From an uncultured Methanosarcinales archaeon (lineage in GTDB: Archaea; Nanobdellota; Nanobdellia; Woesearchaeales; CAXGTL01), in contig CAZHVK010000001.1 of NCBI GenBank assembly GCA_964535955.1, forward strand, positions 115,542 to 179,541: a DNA stretch of 64,000 nucleotides, written 5' to 3'. This document shows positions 45,924 to 56,688 of this stretch, one piece after another. The notes below the pieces were generated by a model, which saw nothing but the letters and a program-made list of their open reading frames with translations, had not been told where the DNA came from and did not search any database. The position numbers and the translations under genes are program-made. The stretch's first letter is position 1; each line of letters begins with the position of its first letter.

Positions 45924-47207
45924 TTATTTTTTCTTAATAACTTTTTTTCCATTCATATAATTCCACAAAGCTTTTGGAATCTTTATTGAGCCATCTTTTT
46001 GCTGATTGTTTTCAAGTATTGAGACTAAAGCCCTGGATGTTGCAATCACTGTATTGTTCAGTGTGTGTGCATAATATTTATTGTCTTTGTCTTGGATCTT
46101 TATGTTTAATCTTCGTGCTTGTGATTCTTCCATGTTTGTTAATGAACCTGCTTCTATGTATTTCTCTTGTCTTGGTGACCAAACTTCTAAATCGCATGAT
46201 TTTGCTTTTAAATCTGCTAAATCACCTGAACACATTTCTAATATTCTGAATGGAATTTTGAATTCTTTGTAAAGGTCTATAACAAAGTTAAGCATTTTAT
46301 CATACCATTTATAAGAATCTTCTGGTTCGCAAATAACAATCATCTCCTGCTTATTGAATTGGTGTGTTCTAAATATTCCTTTTTCATCAATACCATGTGA
46401 TCCTATCTCTTTTCTAAAACACATAGAATAAGCTGTTTGTTTTACTGGAAGATCTTTTTTATCTAAAGTTTTGTTAATGAATTGTCCTATAAGCGGATGT
46501 TCTGATGTTGCTATCATGAACAAGTCTTCACCTTCAATCTTATAAGACATTTGTTCTATCTCTGCATGAGAATATACACCTGTTAAAATGCATTCTCTTA
46601 TCATTAATGGAGGCTCCACATATAAAAAATCATGTTTAAGCATAAAGTCTCTTGCAAAATTAACTAATGCCATGTTTAATAATGCAATATCACCTTTCAT
46701 ATAATAGAAACCTTTGCCAGATGTTTCTGCTGATGTGTCAAAGTCAAGCATGCCTAATTGTTCTCCTAATTCTACATGGCTCTTTACTTGGAATGAAAAT
46801 TTCTTTGGCTCCAGAAACCTTTGAATTTCTACATTCTGAGAATCATCTTTGCCAATTGGAACACTTTTATGTATTATGTTTGGTATTTTATACATAAATT
46901 CTTTGATTTGTGTCCTTAGTTCTTTTTCTTTGAATTCTATTTTTTCTATTTCTATTGGAATTTGTTTTGCTTTTTTTTTTAATTTTTGAAATTCTGATTC
47001 TTTTTTGTCTTTTTTTGCTTTATTGATAAGTTCTGAGACTTTATTTCTCTCATGCCTTAATTTGTCTAATTTTTGTTTTAAAGAACGCCATTCTTTGTCT
47101 AATTTTTGTACTTTGTCAACAAAAGGAAGTCTATCATCTTGAAACTTTTTCTTAATATTGTCTTTAACTGTTTTAGGAGTATTTCTTATAAGATTGATAT
47201 CAATCAT
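45924..47207 (-). CDS. serS: Seryl-tRNA synthetase (class II)
   Basis: N-terminal coiled-coil arm and class II motifs (FRKEIGSHGIDEKGIFRTHQFNKQE; GSLTNMEESQARRL). Confidence 0.9.
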   Translation of the reverse strand: MIDINLIRNTPKTVKDNIKKKFQDDRLPFVDKVQKLDKEWRSLKQKLDKLRHERNKVSELINKAKKDKKESEFQKLKKKAKQIPIEIEKIEFKEKELRTQIKEFMYKIPNIIHKSVPIGKDDSQNVEIQRFLEPKKFSFQVKSHVELGEQLGMLDFDTSAETSGKGFYYMKGDIALLNMALVNFARDFMLKHDFLYVEPPLMIRECILTGVYSHAEIEQMSYKIEGEDLFMIATSEHPLIGQFINKTLDKKDLPVKQTAYSMCFRKEIGSHGIDEKGIFRTHQFNKQEMIVICEPEDSYKWYDKMLNFVIDLYKEFKIPFRILEMCSGDLADLKAKSCDLEVWSPRQEKYIEAGSLTNMEESQARRLNIKIQDKDNKYYAHTLNNTVIATSRALVSILENNQQKDGSIKIPKALWNYMNGKKVIKKK

Positions 47208-47268
47208 TTATCTATCACCAATGTTATGTTGTATGCTATTATATATAAATGTTATTGTAGAAAGTGTG

Positions 47269-47318
47269 TTGGTAGTATTGGTAGTGTTTGTACAGTTTGT
47301 TGGTAGTTTATTGATAGT
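47269..47318. promoter_or_regulatory. Three direct TTGGTAGT repeats (plus a TTGATAGT variant) in the divergent serS/hypothetical intergenic region
   Basis: Seen at 47269, 47278 and 47300. This is a possible transcription-factor site array. Confidence 0.3.
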
Positions 47319-47419
47319 ATATTGTTATAATATGCATATTTGTATTTGTTTGTATTGAAAATACCATTGTTTTTTAGGAATGTTTATAAATTTGATTAAA
47401 CTATTAAATTACTATTAAA

Positions 47420-48109
47420 ATGGTAAAAAAACTTGAAGAAGTATTGTGTTGGGATGATTTTAAAGAGATTAATAGAAAATTAAATAATTTTTCTAGATTT
47501 GATCTTAGTAATTTCTGTGTTCATCTTCTTGTCACCTATGGTAAACATCGTTCTGTTGAACTTGAGACAAAGAAAACACTTGATAATGAATTTGCAGAAT
47601 CATTTGAAGGTTCAAGAAATGGAAATAAAAATTATCAGATCCTTAATAATGGAGATAGAACTAAAGTTCTTAGAAGAGCATTTCAGATGAGAAATGAACA
47701 TATATCAAAAAATAGATACTTTTTATCAAAAATATATGGAGATGTTGGATGGGTATATGCTGCTGGAAACTGGCTTTTAGCATATGGTGATGATTTTTAT
47801 AAAGATGTAGAAGATGGTCTAAAATCTAAAGGAATTATATTTAGGTTTATAGGAAATGAAAAATCTATTTTTTTAGAATGTTATAATGGTTCTAAGAAAA
47901 GAGATTATTGTGAAATTACAACTCATAATTGTTTAGATCCTGAAGAAATTCTTGCTGAAAAAGATATTATTGTTGAAAATTTTAAAAAACCTGAATTTTT
48001 TCCTTTTTGTGAAAAAATAAGACATTTATTTGAAAACTATGAAAAAATGCATTGTATTATGTTAAAAGGTAAATCTAAACCCTTAACTCAAGATTGTCAT
48101 TATTCTTGA
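47420..48109 (+). CDS. Hypothetical protein
   Basis: ORF with coding-like composition. No recognisable domain. Confidence 0.35.
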   Translation: MVKKLEEVLCWDDFKEINRKLNNFSRFDLSNFCVHLLVTYGKHRSVELETKKTLDNEFAESFEGSRNGNKNYQILNNGDRTKVLRRAFQMRNEHISKNRYFLSKIYGDVGWVYAAGNWLLAYGDDFYKDVEDGLKSKGIIFRFIGNEKSIFLECYNGSKKRDYCEITTHNCLDPEEILAEKDIIVENFKKPEFFPFCEKIRHLFENYEKMHCIMLKGKSKPLTQDCHYS

Positions 48110-50006
48110 TTGCTTGTGAAATTATTTTACCAGGCTCTGAATTCCTTTTTAATCTTATTATTCCTTTTTTATTGACTTTTACTGATAAAACATATTCATC
48201 ATCAACATAAACATCAATGTTTTCATTAGAAAAATCAGAATCTATTTTTAAAACTAAGTTTCTTTTGGCAAATCTTGGTTCAAAATCTATTACTTGTTTA
48301 TTATTCTTATTTTCTTTTCTCTTTTTCCCAGCAAGTTCTTGTATATCTATGCTAAGTCCTAATGATCTTTCTAATTTTTCAATATTTTTTCCATCTTTGC
48401 CAATTATTCTTGCAATATTTTTTTTAGGTATAAAAATCTGGCACCTATTTTGGTTTATTAGTTCAACTTCTGCATCATCTACATATGCTAAGATATATCT
48501 TTTTATTGAATCTTCAACTAACCTTGTCACACCTGATTTTTGTTTTTGTTCTTGAACAGGTATAACCATTGTGTGTTCACCATATGAATATATCTCGAAT
48601 TCTAGTTTGCCTGTTTCAAAATCATTAACAACAACTACTGGTCTTGCAAGATCAGCTTCTGTCATACCTGACGGTACTTTGACAGTCATCTTAAGGTTTA
48701 GTACTTTTTCTACTTGACCATTTTTTATGAACACTACTGTATCAACTACTTGAGGAATAACACCCATTTCTATTCTGCCAATGAATCTTTGAATTGCATC
48801 AATTGGATTTGTTGCATGAACAACACCCACCATGCCAACACCTGCTAATCTCATGTCTGTAAATAATGCAAAATCCTTTGTATTACGCATCTCATCAAAC
48901 ATTGTGTAATCTGGTCTTGAGAGGAGAAGTATGTCATGTATTTCTTCTGATGTTCCTCTTGTTATGGAATATTGAGTTATTGAATCTGAAAGCATTAAGT
49001 CTCTAGGTGCTTCAACTGTTTTTACTATTTTGTCTTTTGATGCAAAATATTCTGCTAATGCTTGTGTAAATGTTGATTTTCCCATTCCTGGTGATCCTGC
49101 TATCAACATACCTTCTGCTTGTTTTGCAATTCTTTGTTTTAATTTTTCACTTAGTTTGTAATCTTTTAATTCTAGTTTTTTTACTGGCCGAACTGCAGTG
49201 ATTTCCCATGAATCTGAAAATGAAGGTTTTGTGATAACTATTCTATAATTAGCTAACTGTACTATTGTTGAACCTTTTCTTGAAATCTCTATAAAACCAT
49301 CTTTTCTCATGCCTGTCTGTTCAACAATTTCATTTGCTATTTCTTTAACTTGGTCTCTATCTAGTACTGTTTTGTCTGCTATTAGAAATTCCCAATTACC
49401 TGGCATACCTTTTTTTGCATATGTTGGCAGGTTTTCCCTTATATGAATACTCATTGTTGTTTTGTCAAAATATTTTTCTAGTATGATTGGTTTTTCTGTT
49501 TTTTCAAATTCTATGAATATTGTGTTAATTCCTTTTGATTGTGCTACTTTGCTCTGGACTTTATCAGCTGTGATCAATGTAGCTTTTTCTTCAAATGCTA
49601 AGCTTCTGATCATTGCATCTATTTCACCTGACTTTGCTCTGCTGATTGCAAACTCCTGCGGTCTTTTGCCTTTATATATTATCTTAAATTTGTGTTTTGT
49701 TGATAGTTTTCTTAGTTTGCTTATCTCTTCAAGCCCTAAATAACCTGTTTCTCTGTTCTGGTTTGCTTGGTGTTCAAGTTCTGCTAGCACTGCTTCGTGA
49801 AATATTAGGTTTGTTATCTTTATCTTTTTGTTTTTTAGTTTTTTTGAGAGAATTCCTTCTATTATGACCGAAGTATCTGGAACTAGTTTGTTTATGATTA
49901 GTTTTTTAGTTTTAGTTTGTTTTGTGTTCTGGTTTTTTTGTTTTGATTTTGTTTTTTTCATTTTATCTTTATTTTCTTGTTTTGATTTTGTTTTTTCATT
50001 TTTCAA
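48075..50006 (-). CDS. PIN-domain P-loop ATPase with a C-terminal KH domain (PilT/PhoH-like archaeal family), K-rich N-terminus
   Basis: PIN domain (LVPDTSVIIEG...E..). Walker A is LIAGSPGMGKST. KH motif is RIIGKDGKNIEKLERSLGLSI. Confidence 0.7.
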   Translation of the reverse strand: MKNEKTKSKQENKDKMKKTKSKQKNQNTKQTKTKKLIINKLVPDTSVIIEGILSKKLKNKKIKITNLIFHEAVLAELEHQANQNRETGYLGLEEISKLRKLSTKHKFKIIYKGKRPQEFAISRAKSGEIDAMIRSLAFEEKATLITADKVQSKVAQSKGINTIFIEFEKTEKPIILEKYFDKTTMSIHIRENLPTYAKKGMPGNWEFLIADKTVLDRDQVKEIANEIVEQTGMRKDGFIEISRKGSTIVQLANYRIVITKPSFSDSWEITAVRPVKKLELKDYKLSEKLKQRIAKQAEGMLIAGSPGMGKSTFTQALAEYFASKDKIVKTVEAPRDLMLSDSITQYSITRGTSEEIHDILLLSRPDYTMFDEMRNTKDFALFTDMRLAGVGMVGVVHATNPIDAIQRFIGRIEMGVIPQVVDTVVFIKNGQVEKVLNLKMTVKVPSGMTEADLARPVVVVNDFETGKLEFEIYSYGEHTMVIPVQEQKQKSGVTRLVEDSIKRYILAYVDDAEVELINQNRCQIFIPKKNIARIIGKDGKNIEKLERSLGLSIDIQELAGKKRKENKNNKQVIDFEPRFAKRNLVLKIDSDFSNENIDVYVDDEYVLSVKVNKKGIIRLKRNSEPGKIISQAIKNNDNLELRV

Positions 50007-52018
50007 TACAACCTCAACAAATGCACAAAGAACAACTTAAACTTGCCCCAACCTGTCACATTTTCTAGATTAATAGTGATTTGTTCCTGAGTTTTATAAA
50101 CATTGCCTTTATCATCTTTGTATTCGACAATGATGTTGATTATGTTTTCTTCTGCACTTAGTTCTTTTGCTAAGATGTTATTAAAATTCATATTTATATC
50201 TGTTTTTGCTATGTTTATCTGTGTTTCACGTTCTAGATGTTTTCCTTTGATGAAAATATTAACATCTTCTGGGTCTGAAAATGACATCTTTTTCACCGAG
50301 ACCCCGATGTTGAATACATCATCAATGTTTGCTGTTGTGGGGTGTTCAATGTTAGTGATTTCTAATTGAGGTTTGTCTAATAAAATATATTTTATATCTT
50401 GTTTTTTGAAAACATCATTATTTCTTAATGTTATTGTTAATTCTTTATTACCTGGTTTTTTGTTTTCATTATTAAGTATGAATTCTTCTGTGTGTTCTTG
50501 TGTAATGCCTAGGTCAAAGGTTTTACAATCTTTTTCTAGGCAAAGGTTTAAGTTTTTCAGAATTGTGTTACCTATGTTTTTTATTTTACAACTTGCTTTT
50601 GCTGTTTGATCATTATAAAATTTATCTTTTTCCAATTCACAAAGTAATTCTACATTTGTTGAATATGTTTTTTGTTTTTCCTCTTCAAATTCATCTACTA
50701 TTTCTTGTATTTTTGATTTAGTGAAAACAGGATCGTCTTCTGTTGATTCAAAATATGTTGAAGAACTGCTACCACTTGTTGTAATTACTGTTATTGGATA
50801 TTTATAGATTGTTCTTGCTTTTATTGTTTTTGGGGTTTTCATTACAAAACCGATTGTTTTTTGTTCATATGGTTTGAGAATGACTGTTTTTCTATCATTA
50901 TCAACTTCAAGTTCTTTTGGTCTTGAGATTAATAATTCTGTTGCAACATAATATTTTTTTCTATTCTTAATATTAACTCTCACAAGGTTGTATGAGTCAG
51001 GACCAATATTTTCTTTTTCAGGTAAAGCATCCATATAAAAAAGATTAAGATGATTTTCTTCTATATTTTCAATATCTGTTTCTATATTCAGTTTTGTTGT
51101 CTCAATATCCAAGCCATAAGATAACCATGAATAAGAAACAGATGATTTGTTAGTATTAACAGAATCTCCTAATTTAATATGAGATGGATCAATATAACCA
51201 AATTGGCCATAAGTTACATCAAATGGTACCCAACCATATTCAGGGAAATAAACTTCTGCCCATGCATGAGATACAAAATCTTCATACTGAGGAAGATTAG
51301 AATAAGCAACACCATATGAATATTTTGCAGGAATGTTTAATGACCTTAACATTGAGAGAAATAAGGTAGTTAGTTCATCACACACACCTCTTTTATTTTT
51401 TAACACCCATAAAGCATCTTGTGTTCCTTCTGCAGTTAGTGTGTCAAGATCATAATTGATGTTGTCTTTTATCCAGTCTGCAATCTTAACAGAAACAATG
51501 TATAAATCATCTTCACCTTCAATTATTTCTGATGCTTTTTGTATTATCAACTTGTTATCTGATTTAATTGTTTGTGTTGGCTGTAAATACATATGAACTT
51601 CTTTTTGTATATCATCCTGGTCCAATGGAAAATCTATTTTCTTTGTTATTTGTTTTATTTGATTACTTGTTCTTATTTTTGCTTTTATATAAAAATCAAG
51701 CTCTTTTTCTTTAGTATCTTTCCAAGTAAAAGCCATACTATCAGCAGATTCTTTACCATTAGAAGGTATATCAGAACTAATTATTAGTTGCTGAAAACTT
51801 TCATAAGGTTTTAGTTTTAATATAGCATTTAACTCTGAAACTTTGTGGTTTTCTTTTTCAGGAATAATGTTTATTGATGAATAAATATATAAGTTAGAGG
51901 TAATAATTGAGTTCTCAAAGTCATATGCTTCTGCTTCTTCTTCTGCTGTAACTGATAAGGCTAAAGCTAATAGAATTATTAAAATAAATAAAAGTAATGA
52001 TTTTTTAAATTTTATCAT
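50003..52018 (-). CDS. Secreted transglutaminase-like (Cys-His-Asp) domain protein
   Basis: Signal peptide present. Core residues are GVCDELTTLF (Cys), HAWAEVYFPEYGW (His) and VPFDVTYG (Asp). Confidence 0.7.
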   Translation of the reverse strand: MIKFKKSLLLFILIILLALALSVTAEEEAEAYDFENSIITSNLYIYSSINIIPEKENHKVSELNAILKLKPYESFQQLIISSDIPSNGKESADSMAFTWKDTKEKELDFYIKAKIRTSNQIKQITKKIDFPLDQDDIQKEVHMYLQPTQTIKSDNKLIIQKASEIIEGEDDLYIVSVKIADWIKDNINYDLDTLTAEGTQDALWVLKNKRGVCDELTTLFLSMLRSLNIPAKYSYGVAYSNLPQYEDFVSHAWAEVYFPEYGWVPFDVTYGQFGYIDPSHIKLGDSVNTNKSSVSYSWLSYGLDIETTKLNIETDIENIEENHLNLFYMDALPEKENIGPDSYNLVRVNIKNRKKYYVATELLISRPKELEVDNDRKTVILKPYEQKTIGFVMKTPKTIKARTIYKYPITVITTSGSSSSTYFESTEDDPVFTKSKIQEIVDEFEEEKQKTYSTNVELLCELEKDKFYNDQTAKASCKIKNIGNTILKNLNLCLEKDCKTFDLGITQEHTEEFILNNENKKPGNKELTITLRNNDVFKKQDIKYILLDKPQLEITNIEHPTTANIDDVFNIGVSVKKMSFSDPEDVNIFIKGKHLERETQINIAKTDINMNFNNILAKELSAEENIINIIVEYKDDKGNVYKTQEQITINLENVTGWGKFKLFFVHLLRLY

Positions 52019-52020
52019 AA

Positions 52021-53853
52021 TTAACCCTTTTTAAATAATAGTTTATCTTTTTGTTTGTCTTCCTTTATCTTGCTTCTTTTTAAAAGCTTCTTTTGCTGTA
52101 GAAGTATTAATTTAGTTAAAAACTTTTTGGAAATTAATTTTTGTAAAACTATTATTAAGACCAATAAGATAATTACATAAATAGAAATATAATATAATTG
52201 GCTCAATACTGGTTGAATTCCATACTTTAATCCTATCTTTAAAAAATTAGCACTCAATATCAAAGGAGAATATCTTATTATATTTCTTATTGCTTCAGGC
52301 ATCATACCAATAGGAATTATTATATCTGATAAAAATAAGAATATCGTGCTGATTGAAACTGCAGCAATTGCAGATGTTTCTTCTGTTTTAAACATTTGTC
52401 CAATAATAATCCCTATAAAAGAAAATAAAGAGATTATCAAAATAATATAAGGTAGCATCTTTAAAGTAGGAATAATTATTTGAATATTAAATAATATAGA
52501 TGAAATAATTACAATAACAAAGATCTGTAATAATACAATAAGAAGGCATGTTAAGTAATAACCCAATAAAAATATAATATCATCAACAGGAGTAATCTTG
52601 TTTCTGAAAAAAGCAGGGCTTTTCTTTTCCATCATGACTAAACTAGTGGAAAGAAGAATGCTAATAAACATAATAATTATCACTAAAAGATTTGGAAATA
52701 ATCCTTCTAAATAAGTGATCTCACTTTCAACCCCTCTGATGTCTGTTTTTATAGGACTTACGATCTTGTCTGCATCTGTTATCTGGATGCTTCCTATATT
52801 TTCATCTATTTTTTTAAAAGATTTATCTATTTCATTGATGTTTTCATTTACAGAATTTATTTTTTCTTTAATTTTATCTAGTTTGTCAGTAATTTTGCTT
52901 CTTGATGAAGCAACATCATTTATCTTATTTTTTGTTTTTTCAATGTTTAGATTGATATCTTTTATAAGTAACTTTAGTTCTGTGATTTTTTTGTCTGTAT
53001 TTGTTTGTTGATCTTCTATTAATGTATTTGCTTCATTGACTTTTGATTGAGTAGTATTTATTAGATCTTTTATGTCTGAAATTGATGCTGAATTTTCTTC
53101 TGATTCTAATGATTCTACATCTGATTCTATATCTTCTAGATGAGATGATATATCTACAAAATATGCTCCTGCTTTTTCTATTTCATTATTTTGTTTTTCT
53201 ATCTCATCTAATTTTGTGCTTGTTTCAGTTGTCTTAAAATCATTTGTGTTTATACTAATGTCCAAAGAATTAAGATCAATTTTTATTTGTTCTAGCTTAT
53301 CTGTGGAATCTTTGTTTAATTTTTTTATTTCAGATAACAAAGGTTTTTTATTGAATATTTCAACCCTTGTACTTTCAAGTTTTTGAAGAAGTGTATTTGT
53401 AAGATCCATTGAGATTTCTTTTGATTTCTCAGAAAATTTACTTGATAATGCTTCAATTATAATAAAGACCATATTAATTCTTGAATTATCAACATAAAAT
53501 GTTAAAGTATTGTTGCCAATACCTTTTTCTAAGTCAAGGTTTGGTGGAAAAATAACACAAGCATTTAGTTTGTTTATTTTTATCTTATTTATACAATCAA
53601 GTTCAGAAGATGTTTTTTCAACATTGTACTGTTTTTCACTTAATTTATCAGTAAAGATATTAACAGTATCTGTGTACTCTTCTGAATAAACACCAATGTT
53701 CAATGCCATTGAATTTGTATTGTTGAATGCAATGCCTAATAATAATATTAAGAATAATGGGCCAAGTATTATAATAAGTGATGAAAATTTAGATCTTAAA
53801 AGTAGTTTGAAGTTTTTTTGAATAATTTTGATGAGTGGAGTGATTTGTTTCAT
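52021..53853 (-). CDS. ABC-2-type transporter permease with a large extracytoplasmic coiled-coil domain (YhgE/Pip-like)
   Basis: N-terminal TM, a coiled-coil domain of about 300 aa, then 5 C-terminal TM helices. It is paired with the upstream ATPase. Confidence 0.7.
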   Translation of the reverse strand: MKQITPLIKIIQKNFKLLLRSKFSSLIIILGPLFLILLLGIAFNNTNSMALNIGVYSEEYTDTVNIFTDKLSEKQYNVEKTSSELDCINKIKINKLNACVIFPPNLDLEKGIGNNTLTFYVDNSRINMVFIIIEALSSKFSEKSKEISMDLTNTLLQKLESTRVEIFNKKPLLSEIKKLNKDSTDKLEQIKIDLNSLDISINTNDFKTTETSTKLDEIEKQNNEIEKAGAYFVDISSHLEDIESDVESLESEENSASISDIKDLINTTQSKVNEANTLIEDQQTNTDKKITELKLLIKDINLNIEKTKNKINDVASSRSKITDKLDKIKEKINSVNENINEIDKSFKKIDENIGSIQITDADKIVSPIKTDIRGVESEITYLEGLFPNLLVIIIMFISILLSTSLVMMEKKSPAFFRNKITPVDDIIFLLGYYLTCLLIVLLQIFVIVIISSILFNIQIIIPTLKMLPYIILIISLFSFIGIIIGQMFKTEETSAIAAVSISTIFLFLSDIIIPIGMMPEAIRNIIRYSPLILSANFLKIGLKYGIQPVLSQLYYISIYVIILLVLIIVLQKLISKKFLTKLILLQQKKLLKRSKIKEDKQKDKLLFKKG

Positions 53854-53858
53854 TTTGA

Positions 53859-53898
53859 TTTGTCAAAAACATCTGTTTTTGATCATGATCAAAATTCC
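53859..53898. promoter_or_regulatory. Conserved palindromic upstream element TTTGTCAAAAAC-N9-TTTTTGATCATGATCAAAA, copy 1, about 33 nt upstream of the permease start
   Basis: Perfect 12-bp palindrome TGATCATGATCA. An element matching at 32 of 34 positions lies upstream of dnaG. Confidence 0.5.
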
Positions 53899-53912
53899 AT
53901 TAGAAGTATTGG

Positions 53913-54842
53913 TTACTTCTTATGACATTTTGACATTTCTAAAGCTTTGAAAAGTGTTGTTAAATTTGCATGTTTGGATGGTAATGATTTTTTTATGTCT
54001 TTAACAGAAGCGCATTTTATGATCCTTCCATTCTTAATAATAGCAACCCTATCACAAATCTCTTCCATGTCGTCCAAGAAATGAGAAGCTATGATGACTG
54101 TAATCCCTTTTTTTTTAATCTTTAATATTAAACTAAGAATTTCCTCTCTTAAGATTGGGTCAAGATCTGCAGTTGGTTCATCAAGTATAATAAGTTCTGG
54201 TTTATGTATCAAAGCGCAAATTATACCTAAACGTTTCTGCATTCCAAATGAAAGTTCTTGTGCTAAAGTATGTTTACTTTGTTCTAATCTTGTTAATTTA
54301 AGTAATGCATTTGCATTTGCTAGTATAACAGAATGAGAAATATTATACAAAGAACCAAAATGTTCTAGATTTTCTAATGCTGTTAGTTTAGGATAAAAAC
54401 TTGGTTCTTGAGGGGCAAAACCTATTTTTTGCCGCATTAATGCTAAATCCTTGTTTGATTCAATCAGTTTATTTCCGTGATTATAATATATTTTCCCAAA
54501 ATCTGCATAATGAAAACCTATGATAAGATTTAGCAAAGTTGTTTTACCTGAACCAGACATACCGATTAATCCAAAGATTTCTTTTTTTTTAATGCTTAAG
54601 TTGATGTTCTTAAGAATTTCTTTGTTATGAAACTGTTTGTTTAGGTTTTGTATTTTGATTATTATGTTTTTGTCTGCTTTTGATGTTTGTTTTTTTAGTG
54701 TTGTTTTCTTTGTTTTGTTTTGTTTACGATTTCTTTTTGTTTCTTTTTTTGTTTTTTTAGTTTTTAATCTTTTGTGTTTTGTTTTAGACTTCTTTTTAGA
54801 ATTACTACTACTAAGATTCCTCTTTTTTCTTTTCTGTTTCAA
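53913..54842 (-). CDS. ABC transporter ATP-binding protein with a K/R-rich N-terminal extension
   Basis: Walker A is GMSGSGKTTLL, the signature is LSFGMQKRL, and Walker B is LIILDEPT. Confidence 0.85.
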   Translation of the reverse strand: MKQKRKKRNLSSSNSKKKSKTKHKRLKTKKTKKETKRNRKQNKTKKTTLKKQTSKADKNIIIKIQNLNKQFHNKEILKNINLSIKKKEIFGLIGMSGSGKTTLLNLIIGFHYADFGKIYYNHGNKLIESNKDLALMRQKIGFAPQEPSFYPKLTALENLEHFGSLYNISHSVILANANALLKLTRLEQSKHTLAQELSFGMQKRLGIICALIHKPELIILDEPTADLDPILREEILSLILKIKKKGITVIIASHFLDDMEEICDRVAIIKNGRIIKCASVKDIKKSLPSKHANLTTLFKALEMSKCHKK

Positions 54843-54994
54843 TCTAATATATATTTTAGTGTCTATATATATAAAGGTTTCTTAAGATAATTGTCCCCTA
54901 CTTATAATAAAAAAACATACAAAAGCTTTATTTAGTGTGAAATTTATCATATATGATATATATTAAACTATTATTATGCTAGGAGGTGTATTTG

Positions 54995-56098
54995 ATGGAA
55001 GATTATATTGAGATAATGCCAAAAACAGAGACTGTTTCTGACAAAACAGAAGTTTCTGTTGAACCTAAACAGGTATTGGATAAACCAAAAAGAAAAAGAA
55101 AGATAAAAGTTAGTAGGATTCTTATGGTTATTGTGGTTGTATTGATTTTATTTGCAGGAGTTTATTATGATCAAACTGTTTCTTATGCTAATAAATTAAT
55201 GAAAACAACTGGATTAGCAGGAATAACTATGGTAGAAGGTGATGAAAATACTGCTGCTATTGTTGGTGATGCAATAATATCAATGGATGAACTTAATGAG
55301 GAATATAATAAGATTCCAGAAATGGTGCAGGCGTTTACACCAAAATCAAGGATATTAGAGAGTATGGTTAGTCAAAAAATGTTGTTAAAAGAAGTTGAAG
55401 AAAAAGGAATTAATGTTGATGATGAAAAAATCAATGAAAGAATTAATGAAATCAAGCAAACAAATAATTTAAATGATGAAGAATTTGAAGCAGCATTATT
55501 AGAAATAAACCTAGCTCTGGAAGAATATATAGCAAAAACAAAAGATATAATTGCTATTGAAAATTATCTGGATGATTTTGTTTTCAAAGAGATTATAACA
55601 GGAGATGAAGAAATAAAAATATATTATAATGAAAATATAAATCTTTTTGAAAAAAATGAAGAAGTAACAGCTGCGCATGTATTAATCTCATCAAGCGATA
55701 GAAGTGAAGAAGAAGCTTTAGCAATTATACAAGCATTAAAACAAAGAGCTGAGAAAGATAATTTTACATTTATTGTTAAAGAATATTCAGAAGATCCTAG
55801 CAAAGAAATGAATAATGGTGTTTTAGTATTTGAAAAAGGTCAAATGGTTGCAGAGTTTGAACAAGCTGCTTTTAATTTAAATGTTGGGGAAGTTAGTGAA
55901 CCTGTAAAAACAGTTTATGGTTATCATTTAATCAAATTATTAGGTAAGGAAGATGCTAGAACACTGGAATTAGAAGAAGTTAAGGATGAGATTAAAGATT
56001 TGATAGAAAATGAAGAAAAGGAAGAAGCATTAATAACATATTTAGAAGCTTTAAAAGAAAAATATGATGTTGAAATCTTTTATTCTGATGAAATTTAA
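54995..56098 (+). CDS. Membrane-anchored parvulin-type peptidyl-prolyl isomerase (PrsA/SurA-like)
   Basis: N-terminal TM followed by the PpiC domain (AAHVLISS...GYHLIKL). The ATG at 54995 has an AGGAGGTG SD 6 nt upstream; the track used a GTG at 54986. Confidence 0.75.
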   Translation: MEDYIEIMPKTETVSDKTEVSVEPKQVLDKPKRKRKIKVSRILMVIVVVLILFAGVYYDQTVSYANKLMKTTGLAGITMVEGDENTAAIVGDAIISMDELNEEYNKIPEMVQAFTPKSRILESMVSQKMLLKEVEEKGINVDDEKINERINEIKQTNNLNDEEFEAALLEINLALEEYIAKTKDIIAIENYLDDFVFKEIITGDEEIKIYYNENINLFEKNEEVTAAHVLISSSDRSEEEALAIIQALKQRAEKDNFTFIVKEYSEDPSKEMNNGVLVFEKGQMVAEFEQAAFNLNVGEVSEPVKTVYGYHLIKLLGKEDARTLELEEVKDEIKDLIENEEKEEALITYLEALKEKYDVEIFYSDEI

Positions 56099-56149
56099 TT
56101 TTTTATTTATTCTTTTTTTTATTTGATTTTTATTTATTATACCATCAGA

Positions 56150-56515
56150 TTAATTAGTCTTTGCTCTGAATGCATCGATCAAATAAATTAGAATAATTGG
56201 AACTAGGCCAAAAGCCAGATGGCTGATAACATCGTGAGGAATGTGTTCTATAAATGAGATATAAGGAATCTCAAATATTGTATTAAATGCTGGTGAAAGT
56301 AGTATAATTCCACAACAAATTACAATTACAGACTCTATTGTTTCTCTCCATTCAACCATTTTTATGCCTTTTTTGTAAAAGATTTGAACATCATGAACAA
56401 ACCATGAAGTACTGAATAACCTCCAAATATAACACATATTATTGAAAATTCTGATTCGTAAAAAAATGAAAATATATTTGTGAAGAATGTATAATGTTTT
56501 GATAACATAATGCAC
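56150..56515 (-). CDS. Hypothetical small membrane protein
   Basis: Two or three hydrophobic segments. Weak call. Confidence 0.3.
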   Translation of the reverse strand: MHYVIKTLYILHKYIFIFLRIRIFNNMCYIWRLFSTSWFVHDVQIFYKKGIKMVEWRETIESVIVICCGIILLSPAFNTIFEIPYISFIEHIPHDVISHLAFGLVPIILIYLIDAFRAKTN

Positions 56516-56688
56516 ATTGTAAAAACTAGGATAATAAATTGTATAAACTCAAGCCATGTGAATTTACTGTCTGAAGGTGTGGTTGAACCAAACATTGTTT
56601 AATTTATGTGGCAAGTATATTTAAAATTAACTTAAATTATTGCTAAAAAGTAAGAAAAAATAAGAAAAAAAAGTAAAAAAAATAAGAT

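Noticed and set aside
56362-56595. 77-aa minus-strand ORF overlapping the 121-aa ORF at 56150-56515
   Set aside because: It is in an alternative frame over the same short region. At most one is real, and neither has a recognisable domain. Only the longer one is listed, at low confidence.
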